This document shows, in pieces, positions 9,682 to 20,312 of a DNA stretch of 64,000 nucleotides (the first letter of the stretch is position 1; the number at the start of each line of letters is the position of its first letter). Where the stretch lies: the NCBI GenBank assembly GCA_963710605.1, contig CAVQBA010000006.1, forward strand, positions 864,001 to 928,000, given 5' to 3'. The notes under the pieces are model-generated. The model ran no database searches. It worked only from the letters and a program-made list of their open reading frames with translations, and was not told the DNA's origin. Source of the DNA: an uncultured cyanobacterium. Lineage in GTDB: Bacteria > Cyanobacteriota > Cyanobacteriia > Cyanobacteriales > Cyanobacteriaceae. Position numbers and translations under genes: made by a program.

Positions 9682-9712
9682 TATCAACTATCAACTATCA
9701 ACTATCAACTAT
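9682..9712. repeat. STRR-type heptamer repeat (TATCAAC)x4
   Basis: Read directly. Confidence 0.85.
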
Positions 9713-9715
9713 TAG

Positions 9716-11527
9716 ATGGATATATTTAGTCATTTCTCTCCTATCTTGCTAACTCTAGGAGTCTTAGTTTTAGCATTAGTTGCCTTCATTAACGAATGGT
9801 TACCTGTTGATATAACCTCTTTATCGATCGCTATTATACTGATGGTATTAGGGTTAGTCTCACCAGAAGAAGGAATAGCAGGTTTCGGTAATAGTGCCAC
9901 TATCACAGTGATGGCAATGTTTATACTAAGTGCCGGATTGACTAAAACAGGTATTTTGAACTTAGTGAGAGATTTTTTGATTCTACGGGGGGGCAAACAT
10001 CCTACTAGACAAATTTTTACTTTAGGGATGATAGTAGGTCCAATTAGTGCCTTAATCAATAATACCGCCGTTGTCGCTATTTTTTTACCGATCGTTGAAC
10101 AATGGAGTAAACAAACCAAAATATCAGTTTCCAAACTCCTAATACCTCTTTCTTTTTCAACAATATTAGGCGGGATGATTACTTTACTTGGTACATCTAC
10201 TAATATTTTAGCTAGTGGTATGGCTAAACAATTAGGTTATCCTGAATTTACCATTTTCCAATTCACTAAATTAGGTTTACCCATTTTTTTTATTGGTTTA
10301 ATTTATCTTGCTTTTGCCGCCCCCTATCTTTTACCTGCACGTAAACCCGCAGGAGGAGAATCACTAAGTGAAGATTACGAATTAAAAGAATATGTCAGTG
10401 AAATGATTATTGTGCCTAACTCAAGTTTAATTGGGCAAACTTTAAGAAGTAGTCAAATTCAACGTAAATTTGACCTTGATGTTTTAGAAATCATTAGAAA
10501 TGATGAACATTTCCCACCACCATTAGCTAATAAAGTTTTAAATGTAAAAGATATTTTACTCGTTAGAAGTAGCGGTACTAATTTATTAAATATTAGAGAC
10601 GAAAAAGGAGTAGAAATACTCGCTGATTTTAAATTTAATTCTCGTAAATTAGAAAATGATTATAACGAGCAAGAAGAAAAAGTAGCTGAAGTTTTGATTT
10701 TGTCTAATTCTCGTTTGATTGGTTCAACTTTAAAAGATTTACGTTTTCGACAACGTTATAACGCCACCGTGTTAGCGATAAGAAGAGGGCAAGAGTTAAT
10801 CCGAGAAAGATTTGGTAAAATACCGCTCAAGTTCGGTGATTTATTGTTAGTACAAGCACCTAAAGAAAGTTTTATTGGTTTACAAACTACCAGAGAATTA
10901 TTAGTTTTAGAGGAGAAAAATATTGAGAGTTTAAGAACAGATAAAGCTACTACTGCTTTAACTATTATTGTAGGAGTTATCTTAGTTTCTGCCTTGGGTA
11001 TTTTACCTATTTTAGTCACAAGTTTAATGGGCGTTGTTTTGATGGTAATTACAGGATGTCTTAAACCCGGCGAAATTTATGGTTCTGTTAGATGGGATAT
11101 AATTTTTTTATTAGCTGGATTAATCCCTTTAGGTACGGCGATGAATAATTCTGGTACTAATCAATGGTTAGCAGATAAATTATTATCAGTTGCGGGAAAT
11201 TTATCGGGATATTGGATTTTATTCTTATTTTATTTGGCTACCACAATTTTGACAGAAGTTTTATCTAATAATGCGTCAGTAGTTTTAATGATTCCGATCG
11301 CTGTTAAGGTAGCTGAAACGATCGGGCTTGAACCTTTATCATTCATGTATGTTGTTACTTTTGCCGCTTCTAATAGTTATCTCGCCCCAATTGGTTATCA
11401 AACTAATACGATGATTTATGCCCCCGGCGGTTATCGGTTTTTCGATTATACTCGTGTGGGTTTACCTCTTAGTCTGATGTTGATGATATTTACTCCTCTA
11501 CTAATAATCAAAATATATGGTTTGTAA
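9716..11527 (+). CDS. SLC13/DASS family permease with TrkA-C domains
   Basis: INNTAVV, GGMITLLGTSTN, two TrkA-C segments (S.LIG.TL), LSNNA, PIGYQTN. Confidence 0.92.
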   Translation: MDIFSHFSPILLTLGVLVLALVAFINEWLPVDITSLSIAIILMVLGLVSPEEGIAGFGNSATITVMAMFILSAGLTKTGILNLVRDFLILRGGKHPTRQIFTLGMIVGPISALINNTAVVAIFLPIVEQWSKQTKISVSKLLIPLSFSTILGGMITLLGTSTNILASGMAKQLGYPEFTIFQFTKLGLPIFFIGLIYLAFAAPYLLPARKPAGGESLSEDYELKEYVSEMIIVPNSSLIGQTLRSSQIQRKFDLDVLEIIRNDEHFPPPLANKVLNVKDILLVRSSGTNLLNIRDEKGVEILADFKFNSRKLENDYNEQEEKVAEVLILSNSRLIGSTLKDLRFRQRYNATVLAIRRGQELIRERFGKIPLKFGDLLLVQAPKESFIGLQTTRELLVLEEKNIESLRTDKATTALTIIVGVILVSALGILPILVTSLMGVVLMVITGCLKPGEIYGSVRWDIIFLLAGLIPLGTAMNNSGTNQWLADKLLSVAGNLSGYWILFLFYLATTILTEVLSNNASVVLMIPIAVKVAETIGLEPLSFMYVVTFAASNSYLAPIGYQTNTMIYAPGGYRFFDYTRVGLPLSLMLMIFTPLLIIKIYGL

Positions 11528-11565
11528 AAAGTTAAAAGTTAAAAGTTAAAAGTTAAAAGTTAAAA
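11527..11565. repeat. Heptamer repeat (AAAAGTT)x5
   Basis: Read directly. Confidence 0.85.
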
Positions 11566-11917
11566 TTTATTACTTCTTACTTATTAGTTGTTACTTCTCT
11601 ATTTTCTATTTCCTAACCTAAATACACCTAATTCATCAATAGACATCTGGGAGAAAAGATTTTTTATTTACTCTATCGTCAACGGGCTTGAACCCTGATT
11701 TTGACAATTATTGGAGATTTATAACCAATATTCACTCTTAAGGTAGTTTTACTTTAATAACATTTTGATTATCATATGAGCTAACTGTATATTAAACATT
11801 AAGTTTTAAATATCAATTAGGATTTTCTCTATGCTTGTTTTGCTTATTAATTAATTTTTATACTCAAAACTTAAGAGAAATAGACAATTAATTTTTTAGT
11901 AACAAAAATATTTAGCT

Positions 11918-12832
11918 ATGGAACTAATCATCATATTCGTTATTTTGGTAATTTGGAGTTTTATCGAACCTCGTATCATGCTTAATATCTTTCACGAAAG
12001 AGCGGAAATTTATAATTTACCTGAATCGTGGCGAGGAAGACGAGTTGCTTTTATTACCGATTTACAGATTGGGTTATGGTTTGACAATCGTAATATGGTA
12101 CGTCGGTGTGTTAAAAAAATCATCAAAGCTCGTCCTGATGTAGTTTTAATTGGAGGTGACTTTGTTTATCGTACAGATACTAAGGGCAAAGCAAAAATAC
12201 AAGCTGTAGTCAATATACTTAAACCTTTAATAAAAGAAAATATTCCTGTTTATGCGGTATTAGGCAATCATGATTATGATATGTGTTCAAAGTCAGCCAA
12301 ACCAAACATGGAATTAGTTAAGCTTTTGACTGATGGATTAGAGGATTTGGGGATTAAAATATTAAATAATGATTCTGTTGCTTTAACATTACCTAATAGT
12401 GAAGAAGTTTTGTATATCGTCGGTACAGATTCACGCTGGGCAGACAGAGATTCGGCTAAAGATGCGTTAAGTAATGTACCGATTGATAGCCCTCGTATCG
12501 TTCTAATTCACAATCCCGATACTTTTGAACTATTTCCTGCTTATACAGCTCCAGTTGCGATCGCAGGGCATACCCACGGCGGACAAATTAGTGTACCAGG
12601 AAGACCAAAATATTCATGGTTAAGTCTATCTCAAAAAGATAAAATTTTTGCCGATGGTTGGACTGATGAATATGGTGAGGAAGGTAATCGACTTTATATA
12701 AGTCGGGGAATAGGCATGAGTATTGCACCCATACGTTTGTTTTGCCCTCCTGAAATTACTTTGTTTACATTAGATACTCCTACTCCTGAAGATTCTCCTG
12801 TTGAAGCTCTAATGGATCAGAAAAATCACTAA
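11918..12832 (+). CDS. Calcineurin-like metallophosphoesterase (YkuE-like)
   Basis: TDLQ, GGDF, LGNHD, HNPD, AGHTHGGQ, SRGIG...PPEI. Confidence 0.9.
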   Translation: MELIIIFVILVIWSFIEPRIMLNIFHERAEIYNLPESWRGRRVAFITDLQIGLWFDNRNMVRRCVKKIIKARPDVVLIGGDFVYRTDTKGKAKIQAVVNILKPLIKENIPVYAVLGNHDYDMCSKSAKPNMELVKLLTDGLEDLGIKILNNDSVALTLPNSEEVLYIVGTDSRWADRDSAKDALSNVPIDSPRIVLIHNPDTFELFPAYTAPVAIAGHTHGGQISVPGRPKYSWLSLSQKDKIFADGWTDEYGEEGNRLYISRGIGMSIAPIRLFCPPEITLFTLDTPTPEDSPVEALMDQKNH

Positions 12833-13056
12833 TTATATAGTAAAGGACACTCGGACAAAGGATAAAGGTGAAACTCTTATAGAGTATAAGTTTTGTCTGT
12901 AAGTTATGTCTTTACTAGCTCGTTGTGTGCGATCGTCAAATATTCTGAGGAGCGATATTTTGATCTGTTAAGTTTATAAATCGATCGTTAAATTCAATTA
13001 AAATTAAGATTAAAATAAAACAGAAGTAATTATCTCATCAATTAAAATAAAAAATC

Positions 13057-14304
13057 GTGACTGTCACACCAATTAAAACTAATCAGAGCAACTATAGCCA
13101 AGTACCTGACTCTTTCGGACGTTTTGGACAATACGGCGGTAAATACGTTCCAGAAACATTAATGCCCGCCCTCACCGAACTAGAAAATGCTTATAACCAA
13201 TATAAAGAAGATGCTGATTTTAAACAAGAATTAAATTCATTACTCAAAGATTACGTAGGCAGAGAAAATCCGCTTTATTTTGCCGAAAGACTAACCGAAC
13301 ATTATGCCAAACCAGACGGTAGTGGTGCACAAATATATCTTAAAAGAGAAGACTTAAACCATACAGGGGCTCACAAAATTAATAACGCCCTTGGACAAGT
13401 TTTACTCGCCAAACGGATGGGCAAAAAAAGAGTAATTGCCGAGACAGGTGCGGGGCAACATGGAGTAGCTACAGCGACTGTTTGTGCTCGTTTTGGTTTA
13501 GATTGCGTCATTTATATGGGTGTAGAAGATATGGAGAGACAAAAACTTAATGTCTTCCGTATGCGTTTATTAGGGGCAAAAGTTGAGCCTGTTAGTGCGG
13601 GTACGGGTACACTTAAAGATGCAACTTCTGAAGCGATTCGTGATTGGGTAACAAATGTCGAACATACTCATTATATCTTAGGTTCGGTCGCTGGTCCTCA
13701 TCCTTATCCGATGATGGTGAGAGATTTTCATGGTGTGATTGGTGTCGAAACTCGTCGTCAATGTCAAGAAAAATGGGGAGGCTTACCCGATATTTTAATG
13801 GCTTGTGTTGGTGGTGGCTCAAATGCGATCGGTTTATTTTATGAGTTTGTGGATGATGCTTCTGTACGTTTAATTGGTGTAGAAGCCGAAGGAAGTGGTA
13901 TTGCTAGTGGTAAACACGCCGCTACTTTAACTCAAGGTAGTCCGGGTGTATTACATGGAGCGATGAGTTATTTATTACAAGACAATCAAGGACAAGTTAC
14001 TGAAGCTCATTCTATCAGTGCAGGTTTAGATTACCCTGGTGTTGGCCCTGAACATAGTTATCTTAAAGATGCCGATCGGGCTGAATACTATAGTGTGACT
14101 GATGCTGAGGCTTTGGAGGCTTTTCAATTATTATGTAAGTTAGAAGGAATTATTCCTGCTTTAGAAACTGCCCATGCTTTTGCTTACTTAGAAAAACTTT
14201 GCCCAACTTTAGAAGGTAGCCCTCGTATTGTGATTAATTCTTCTGGTAGAGGTGACAAAGATGTCCAAACTGTGGCTAAAAATCTAGAAGGAATTGATTT
14301 GTAA
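13057..14304 (+). CDS. trpB: Tryptophan synthase beta subunit
   Basis: [50 protein letters not shown]. Confidence 0.98.
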   Translation: MTVTPIKTNQSNYSQVPDSFGRFGQYGGKYVPETLMPALTELENAYNQYKEDADFKQELNSLLKDYVGRENPLYFAERLTEHYAKPDGSGAQIYLKREDLNHTGAHKINNALGQVLLAKRMGKKRVIAETGAGQHGVATATVCARFGLDCVIYMGVEDMERQKLNVFRMRLLGAKVEPVSAGTGTLKDATSEAIRDWVTNVEHTHYILGSVAGPHPYPMMVRDFHGVIGVETRRQCQEKWGGLPDILMACVGGGSNAIGLFYEFVDDASVRLIGVEAEGSGIASGKHAATLTQGSPGVLHGAMSYLLQDNQGQVTEAHSISAGLDYPGVGPEHSYLKDADRAEYYSVTDAEALEAFQLLCKLEGIIPALETAHAFAYLEKLCPTLEGSPRIVINSSGRGDKDVQTVAKNLEGIDL

Positions 14305-14309
14305 TAGCT

Positions 14310-14466
14310 ATACCTTGAACTGAAGTTCAAGGCTCAATAAAATCGTTTAATGAATTAAACTTTATTTTGAGTTCATTGGGTGCAAACCGTCTTGGTGGAA
14401 GTTCATTCGGCTATAGTTCATTTTAATGAACGCAATCTCTTAGCCTTGTCAATTTATTGCAAGGCT
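14310..14466. repeat. REP-doublet-like palindrome cluster
   Basis: Hairpins CCTTGAACTGAAGTTCAAGG and GCCTTGTCAATTTATTGCAAGGC; the latter recurs at 18349-18374. Confidence 0.65.
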
Positions 14467-14594
14467 TGTTGCTTTGAGTTGGTTCGTTATCCTTTAATTG
14501 AAATTCAAGGCTAGTTGTTTTTGATTCGATCGTTATCTTTGAATAGTTGAATTACGCTATTATTTAGTTGATTGATAGTTTGGAGGTTTGAATT

Positions 14595-15137
14595 ATGGTT
14601 TGGCAAATCACTACGAAAGAACTTTTGGCTCGGTATTCTGCTGGAGAAAGAAATTTTGCAGGGGTTGATCTTAATCCTAGTTGTAGCATGGGTCGTGTGG
14701 TCAAATTGAGTCAATGGGATTGGACTAGTAAGAATATCTTGAATTTGCAAGAAATTAATCTGCGAGGAGCCAATTTGTTTTGTGTTGAACTTAGTCGGTG
14801 TAACTTGAATAGTGCCGATCTCTTTGGTGCTTGTCTTATGTATGCAGGATTGGCTTTTTCCGATCTGAGTAATGTTAATTTGCAAGGGGCTAATTTGTGT
14901 GGTTCTGTTATGACTGGTGCGGATTTGACTGGAGCTGATTTGAGGTATGTTGATCTCAGTGGAGCGGTTCTGATCGATACCGATCTCACTAATACTGTGA
15001 TGGATGGAGCTATGTTTATCGACACTAACCTTACTGGTTCTAAAGGAGGAGCCCCCTATGATGATGGTTGTCTCATATGGCGAACTATTCTTAGTGGTGG
15101 AGACATCGATGAAGGACCTTACTTCAACAACAGGTAA
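14595..15137 (+). CDS. Pentapeptide repeat protein
   Basis: ELLARYSAGERNFAGVDL head, A(D/N)LxG repeats, GGAGG RBS upstream. Confidence 0.88.
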   Translation: MVWQITTKELLARYSAGERNFAGVDLNPSCSMGRVVKLSQWDWTSKNILNLQEINLRGANLFCVELSRCNLNSADLFGACLMYAGLAFSDLSNVNLQGANLCGSVMTGADLTGADLRYVDLSGAVLIDTDLTNTVMDGAMFIDTNLTGSKGGAPYDDGCLIWRTILSGGDIDEGPYFNNR

Positions 15138-15201
15138 GCTAGAAAACTTTGAGTCATTTAGCAAAAAAGATATTACAAAGCCAGTTACAGTAAATACTAG
15201 T

Positions 15202-16935
15202 CTATTTACTAATCATTTTTTTTCTAGCTTCGGCAGTTTCGAGTAAAGAATCGGCAAAAGCGATCGCATCATCAGCACTATGTCCACCCGTCAATTCAGC
15301 TAATTCATCTCGACGACGATCGATATTTTCTAATGAGCGTACATCCACAATCGTCCGTAAATTTTGACCATCAGTTGATTTAACTAATCGTTTTTCGACA
15401 CGGAAATGATTATCCGCCATTGCCGCCACTAAAGGTTGGTGAGTGACACATAAAACTTGATAATTTTTACTTAACTGATGTAACTTATCAGCGATCGCTT
15501 GAGCGACTTTACCCGATACACCTGCATCAATTTCATCAAAGATTAAAGTCTTACAATTATCTTGCAGAGGTGAAAAACAAGACTTGAGTGCTAACAGAAA
15601 ACGACTCATCTCCCCACCACTGGCTGTCATCGCTAAAGGTTGTAAATCTTCCCCCGGATTAGAGCTAAAATAATATTCAACTCGATCGGCACCGACTAAA
15701 TGAGGTTTGACTGGTATTACACGACATTGAAATTGTACCTTCGCCATCCCTAATGGTTTGAGTTGCTCTGTTAATTGAGATTGTAGTTTTTCGGCGGCTT
15801 TTTGTCGTTGTTGAGTTAGTTTGTCGCAAAGAACTAGCAACTTGTTATGATAAGTTAAAAAGCGTTTTTCTAATTCATCGATCGATTGCCCTTCATCAGT
15901 TAGCTCCACTAATTCCTCTTGCAAGTCATGATGATATTTGATTACATCCGCCAAATTATCGCCATATTTACGGCAAATACGCTTTAAGAGTCTGATTCGC
16001 TCTTCTATCTCTTCTAGACGGTCAGGATCGGCTTCTAACCCCGAACCATAACTATAAATTTGTTGCCCTGCTTCCACAATTTGATTTAAAGAATCTTTAA
16101 TCATATCAAGAATAGGAGCTAATTCTTTATCGTAACTAACCATATCAGTTAGTAAACCCTCACTTTGCCCAATAATATCGGCGGCGGCAGTATTATCTTC
16201 TTCGTTTTGATATAGTAGCTGATAAACTTGATAACTAAGTTGTTGCAAATCGACGACATGAGTAAGACGATCGCTTTCTATTTCTAATTTAGGTAACTCA
16301 TCCGCATCTTGTAAATGGACTGTATTTAATTCCTGAATTTGATGTTTAATCAAATCTAACCTTTGTAATCTTTGTTGCTCGGATTGCCGACGAGATTCGA
16401 GAATTTGCTCGGCTTTTTGGGTTTGTGTAAAAGAATTGGCGACTAATTCTCTTTGACTAATTAACTTATCACCACCATAGGTATCTAATAATTCTCTTTG
16501 GATATTACCTGAAAGTAATTGCCCCGTTTCTCCTTGAGCGGTAATTTCCAGTAATTTTTCTCGTAACATAGTGATAATCGGTTTATTAACTAAAACACCA
16601 TTAACTCGACAACGAGAACGAAAATTATTATCTTTACCAACAGTTAGTACTCGACTACAAATGAGTGTACCATCTTGTAGAGATTCGATTTCTTGATTTT
16701 CTAACCATGTTTCTAAATCTTGATTAATTTGAAAACTAGCTTCAACGATCGCTTTTTTTTCGCCACTACGAAGCATTCTTTGGTTTGCCTTTCCGCCTAA
16801 GACGACATCGATCGCATCTAGGATAATTGATTTACCAGCACCTGTCTCTCCTGTCATGACATTCAAGCCGTTACCAATATCTAATTCTAAATGTTCTACC
16901 AAAGCAAAATTATCGATTCTAATAGAAATTAACAT
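15202..16935 (-). CDS. recN: DNA repair protein RecN
   Basis: TGETGAGKS, ASGGEMSR, IFDEIDAG, VTHQP. Confidence 0.97.
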   Translation of the reverse strand: MLISIRIDNFALVEHLELDIGNGLNVMTGETGAGKSIILDAIDVVLGGKANQRMLRSGEKKAIVEASFQINQDLETWLENQEIESLQDGTLICSRVLTVGKDNNFRSRCRVNGVLVNKPIITMLREKLLEITAQGETGQLLSGNIQRELLDTYGGDKLISQRELVANSFTQTQKAEQILESRRQSEQQRLQRLDLIKHQIQELNTVHLQDADELPKLEIESDRLTHVVDLQQLSYQVYQLLYQNEEDNTAAADIIGQSEGLLTDMVSYDKELAPILDMIKDSLNQIVEAGQQIYSYGSGLEADPDRLEEIEERIRLLKRICRKYGDNLADVIKYHHDLQEELVELTDEGQSIDELEKRFLTYHNKLLVLCDKLTQQRQKAAEKLQSQLTEQLKPLGMAKVQFQCRVIPVKPHLVGADRVEYYFSSNPGEDLQPLAMTASGGEMSRFLLALKSCFSPLQDNCKTLIFDEIDAGVSGKVAQAIADKLHQLSKNYQVLCVTHQPLVAAMADNHFRVEKRLVKSTDGQNLRTIVDVRSLENIDRRRDELAELTGGHSADDAIAFADSLLETAEARKKMISK

Positions 16936-17204
16936 GAACTAATGAACTATCCAAGGGTTACGTCTAGTCTAACTTAAAAATAATGATGAAGGATGAAAGA
17001 AAAAGAATTCGGAAAAAAAGAAGATAAAAGAAAGGATAAAAGAGCAAAAATGGGGCATGAAAATAAAAATTAAAAAGTATCCATTGTCAATTCTTAATTC
17101 TCAAGTAAGTCTCTTTTTTCCTACTTTTGAGATTGACTATAGATAAAAAGTCGGTATAATAAGCATTGTAGGTAGCTTTTCTTTTCAAACCTACGATGTG
17201 CTAA

Positions 17205-17840
17205 ATGCAAATTATCCTTAGTGCAGTTCAAACTTCTTTGGCTAAAGCATGGATTACTTTCTGTGGCGATTTAGATTGCGTCAACGTTTATCAAGGCTCT
17301 ATTCTTGATGTCGAATGTGATGCGATCGTTAGTCCAGCAAACAGTTTTGGCTTTATGGATGGAGGTATCGATGGAGTATATATGGATTACTTTGGCAATG
17401 AAATCCAACTTAAAGTTCGACGACAAATATTCGACCACCATCATGGAGAACTTTTAGTCGGAGACGCTACTATTGTAGAAACCGATGATGATAAAATTCC
17501 TTTCTTGATTGCCTCACCTACAATGAGAGTACCGATGATTTTAAATGAATCTGTAAATCCTTATTTAGCCGCAAGAGCAGTTTTTTTGCTGGTTAAGCAT
17601 GGTAAATTCAAGACTGGTAAATATAAAGGAGAATGTATTGCCGATCGTGTCAAAGTAGTTGCTTTTCCAGGTTTAGGTACAGGAGTAGGTAGAGTAGGTT
17701 TCAATACCTGTGCGCGTCAAGTACGTGAAGCAATTAACGATGTTGTTTTGGAACAATATACAATGCCAAAGTCATGGGCAGAAGCTAGTGAGCGACATCA
17801 ACTGTTGTACACCGATCGTCCTCGACGCTTGCAATATTAA
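17205..17840 (+). CDS. Macro-domain (ADP-ribose processing) protein
   Basis: DAIVSPANSFGFMDGGID, PTMRVP, FPGLGTGVG. Confidence 0.9.
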   Translation: MQIILSAVQTSLAKAWITFCGDLDCVNVYQGSILDVECDAIVSPANSFGFMDGGIDGVYMDYFGNEIQLKVRRQIFDHHHGELLVGDATIVETDDDKIPFLIASPTMRVPMILNESVNPYLAARAVFLLVKHGKFKTGKYKGECIADRVKVVAFPGLGTGVGRVGFNTCARQVREAINDVVLEQYTMPKSWAEASERHQLLYTDRPRRLQY

Positions 17841-17914
17841 GTTCTAGCAATTATTTATAAGTAATACCAGTGTTTATGCACGAATCACCTCAACACAATT
17901 AAATAAATACAAGT

Positions 17915-18207
17915 TATAGCAATTATCTCCATAATGAAGTATAAAGATAGCCCCCTCTATCCCCGCCCCCTCTATCCCCGACCCCTCTGCCTATCGGCAT
18001 CTCCCCTTTCAAGGGGAGACTGGGGGAGGTTTAAGGATGCTTCGCTTTTTGTCTTGGTGAGCGTTCCCGTCTTGGTGAGCGTTCCCTTGCGACTTGCCGT
18101 CGTCGCGGGGTCTCACCGCTTGCGTCTTGCGCCGACGCGGGTTCTCACCGCTTGTGTGGGGGACTTGAAAATAATGAATGTACCTTATAACGATGGTAAA
18201 CACTATA
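17915..18207 (+). mobile_element. MITE-like element with internal C/G-run hairpin and nested short repeats
   Basis: Ends TATAGCAATTATC... and ...TGTACCTTATAACGATGGTAAACACTATA; both ends and the internal TTAAGGATGCTTCGCTTTT match the reverse complement of 25155-25355. Confidence 0.75.
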
Positions 18208-18465
18208 TAAATATTCAAAGGAACTTAATGTAACTAACTCAGAAGAAAAGCAGAAACTAATTACGATCGATAAATATAGTTAATTAAAATAAGAATGAGA
18301 CAATTTGAAATTTCTTTCTTTGAGTTTAATTTATTAAACGGTATTTGTTAGCCTTGTCAATTTATTGCAAGGCGAATTTGAGATTAATTTATACTATTAT
18401 TTATACTGTATAAAATTTAATTTAAACAAATATAAAAGAATAATTATTTCGATTAAAAAAAGAAG

Positions 18466-19548
18466 ATGATAAATATTGCCAAACATAATAAATTACTTAA
18501 AGGATATAAATTTATTGACTTATTTGCTGGTATTGGTGGTTTTCATTATGCTTTAAAATCATTCGGGGCAGAATGTGTTTTTGCTTCGGAAATTGACCAG
18601 AAAACAGCCGAAATTTATTATCTAAATCATAAATTAAAACCAGAAGGAGATATTACTAAAATCAACGAGCAAAGCATCCCCAAGCACGACATTTTGTGTG
18701 GTGGATTTCCTTGTCAGGCTTTTTCTATCTCTGGCAAACAAAAGGGATTTGAGGATACTAGAGGGACTTTATTTTTTGATATTGCTCGTATTGTCGATTA
18801 TCATAAGCCAAAAATTGTTTTTCTAGAAAATGTTAAAAACTTTGTTAAACACGATCGAGGTAAAACTTTAAATACCGTTCTTAAAACTCTTGAAAATCTT
18901 AATTATAAAGTATTCTATAAGGTTTTAAATACGAGTAATTTTGGTTTACCACAAAATAGAGAAAGAGTTTATTTAGTTGGATTTAATAACGATCGTTTTC
19001 ATCAAATCAATTTTTCTTTTCCTGCTCTAAACCTCGTTTCATCCTTAGAAAATTATTTAGAAGTTAATCCTCAAAATGGTAAAGTTATCGATCGTGATGA
19101 CATTCATATTTATAAAGAATTCACGCCAACTACAAACATATTTGGTGAAATAGATTTACCCAACAAACCCATCCAAATTGGAAAAGTAAACAAAGGAGGG
19201 CAAGGAGAAAGAATCTATCACCCCAAAGGACACGCTATTACTTTATCAGCTTATGGTGGTGGTGTTGGTTCAAAAACTGGATTGTATAAAATTGATAATA
19301 AAATCAGAAAATTATCTCCTAGAGAGTGTGCGAGGATTCAAGGATTTCCTGAAGATTTCATTTTTCCTAAAAGTGTCACTCAAGCGCATAGACAATTTGG
19401 TAACAGTGTTTCGATTGATACCTTACAATTTATTATTGACGAAATATTAAAGACAATTCAAGACAATGACAAACGATCGACAAAAAGGCTCTCAAACAGC
19501 ATTGAATGGATTCAAAAACGAGAAAGATATAGTTCAAAAATTCAATAA
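18466..19548 (+). CDS. C5-cytosine DNA methyltransferase, M.HhaI-like (predicted GCGC)
   Basis: FIDLFAGIGG, GFPCQAFS, ENV, QNRER. The target-recognition region KGGQGERIY..KGHAITLSAYGGG resembles M.HhaI as I recall it. Confidence 0.93.
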   Translation: MINIAKHNKLLKGYKFIDLFAGIGGFHYALKSFGAECVFASEIDQKTAEIYYLNHKLKPEGDITKINEQSIPKHDILCGGFPCQAFSISGKQKGFEDTRGTLFFDIARIVDYHKPKIVFLENVKNFVKHDRGKTLNTVLKTLENLNYKVFYKVLNTSNFGLPQNRERVYLVGFNNDRFHQINFSFPALNLVSSLENYLEVNPQNGKVIDRDDIHIYKEFTPTTNIFGEIDLPNKPIQIGKVNKGGQGERIYHPKGHAITLSAYGGGVGSKTGLYKIDNKIRKLSPRECARIQGFPEDFIFPKSVTQAHRQFGNSVSIDTLQFIIDEILKTIQDNDKRSTKRLSNSIEWIQKRERYSSKIQ

Positions 19549-20213
19549 GAGTGCAAAATGATATTGAAGCTCAATATTGGTTGAGTCTAATGGAGTACGA
19601 TATCAAAGAAATAGAATATGTGAAGGCAATTATCTTATCAGGGTATAAAACAGATGTTCAAGTACAAATTTCAGTAAAATTAAAAGAAGCTATTGATGTT
19701 GAGAATATACAAGTCAAACTGGTAAGTAATTTAAAAGGATTTAATCAGATAGATAAGAGGTGGATTGATAAATACATTGAGATGTGGGCAATACCATTGA
19801 ATGTTTCTACTTTATTAAAACAATATACAGGAGAAATTTTGCCTATAATTCAAAATCCAAAAGATGAAAGAAGAACTTTTGCGAATGAATTTAGTCAACA
19901 AGACCAAAAAATATTACTTGATTGGTTGAATAACAATAAATCGCTGATTGTTAGTGATATTTTAAAAGGAAGAGGTAAATTTGCGGCTGAGTGGATGTTA
20001 GTGGCACAAAAAGTCGAAGACTCTGCAAGATGGATTTTGAAACCGATGAATTATTGCTTAAACTTTTTTGGAAATGGAAAAATAGAAATAACAAATAGAG
20101 GCAGTTTTAAAATAGGAAGAATTACGATGCAAAGAAAAGGAGGAGATGGAGGTCGGAAAACGGCTCAAATGCTACAATTCAAAATTAATCCAGCAGAATT
20201 ATTCGATGAATAA
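19466..20213 (+). pseudogene. HinP1I-like type II restriction endonuclease, +1 frameshift near codon 28
   Basis: ATG 19466 gives MTNDRQKGSQTALNGFKNEKDIVQKFNK, then TGA at 19559. The next frame gives QNDIEAQYWL...GYKTDVQV...NIQVKLVSNLKGFNQIDK...QRKGGDGGRKTAQMLQFKINP, matching R.HinP1I as I recall it. Confidence 0.85.
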
Positions 20214-20312
20214 AACCTACTGTATAACGAAGTTACCAATCATTAATAGATAGTAATAAATCACGATCGATTTTACTATTATTACTATTTAAGATCGTTA
20301 TCCTCCCAAATA

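Noticed and set aside
17934-18233. ORFs 17934-18233 (+) and 18009-18218 (-)
   Set aside because: Translations of the MITE and its nested repeats.
19551-20213. GTG 19551 as the true start of the endonuclease
   Set aside because: The conserved GS.TA.NGFKNE N-terminus lies upstream in another frame.
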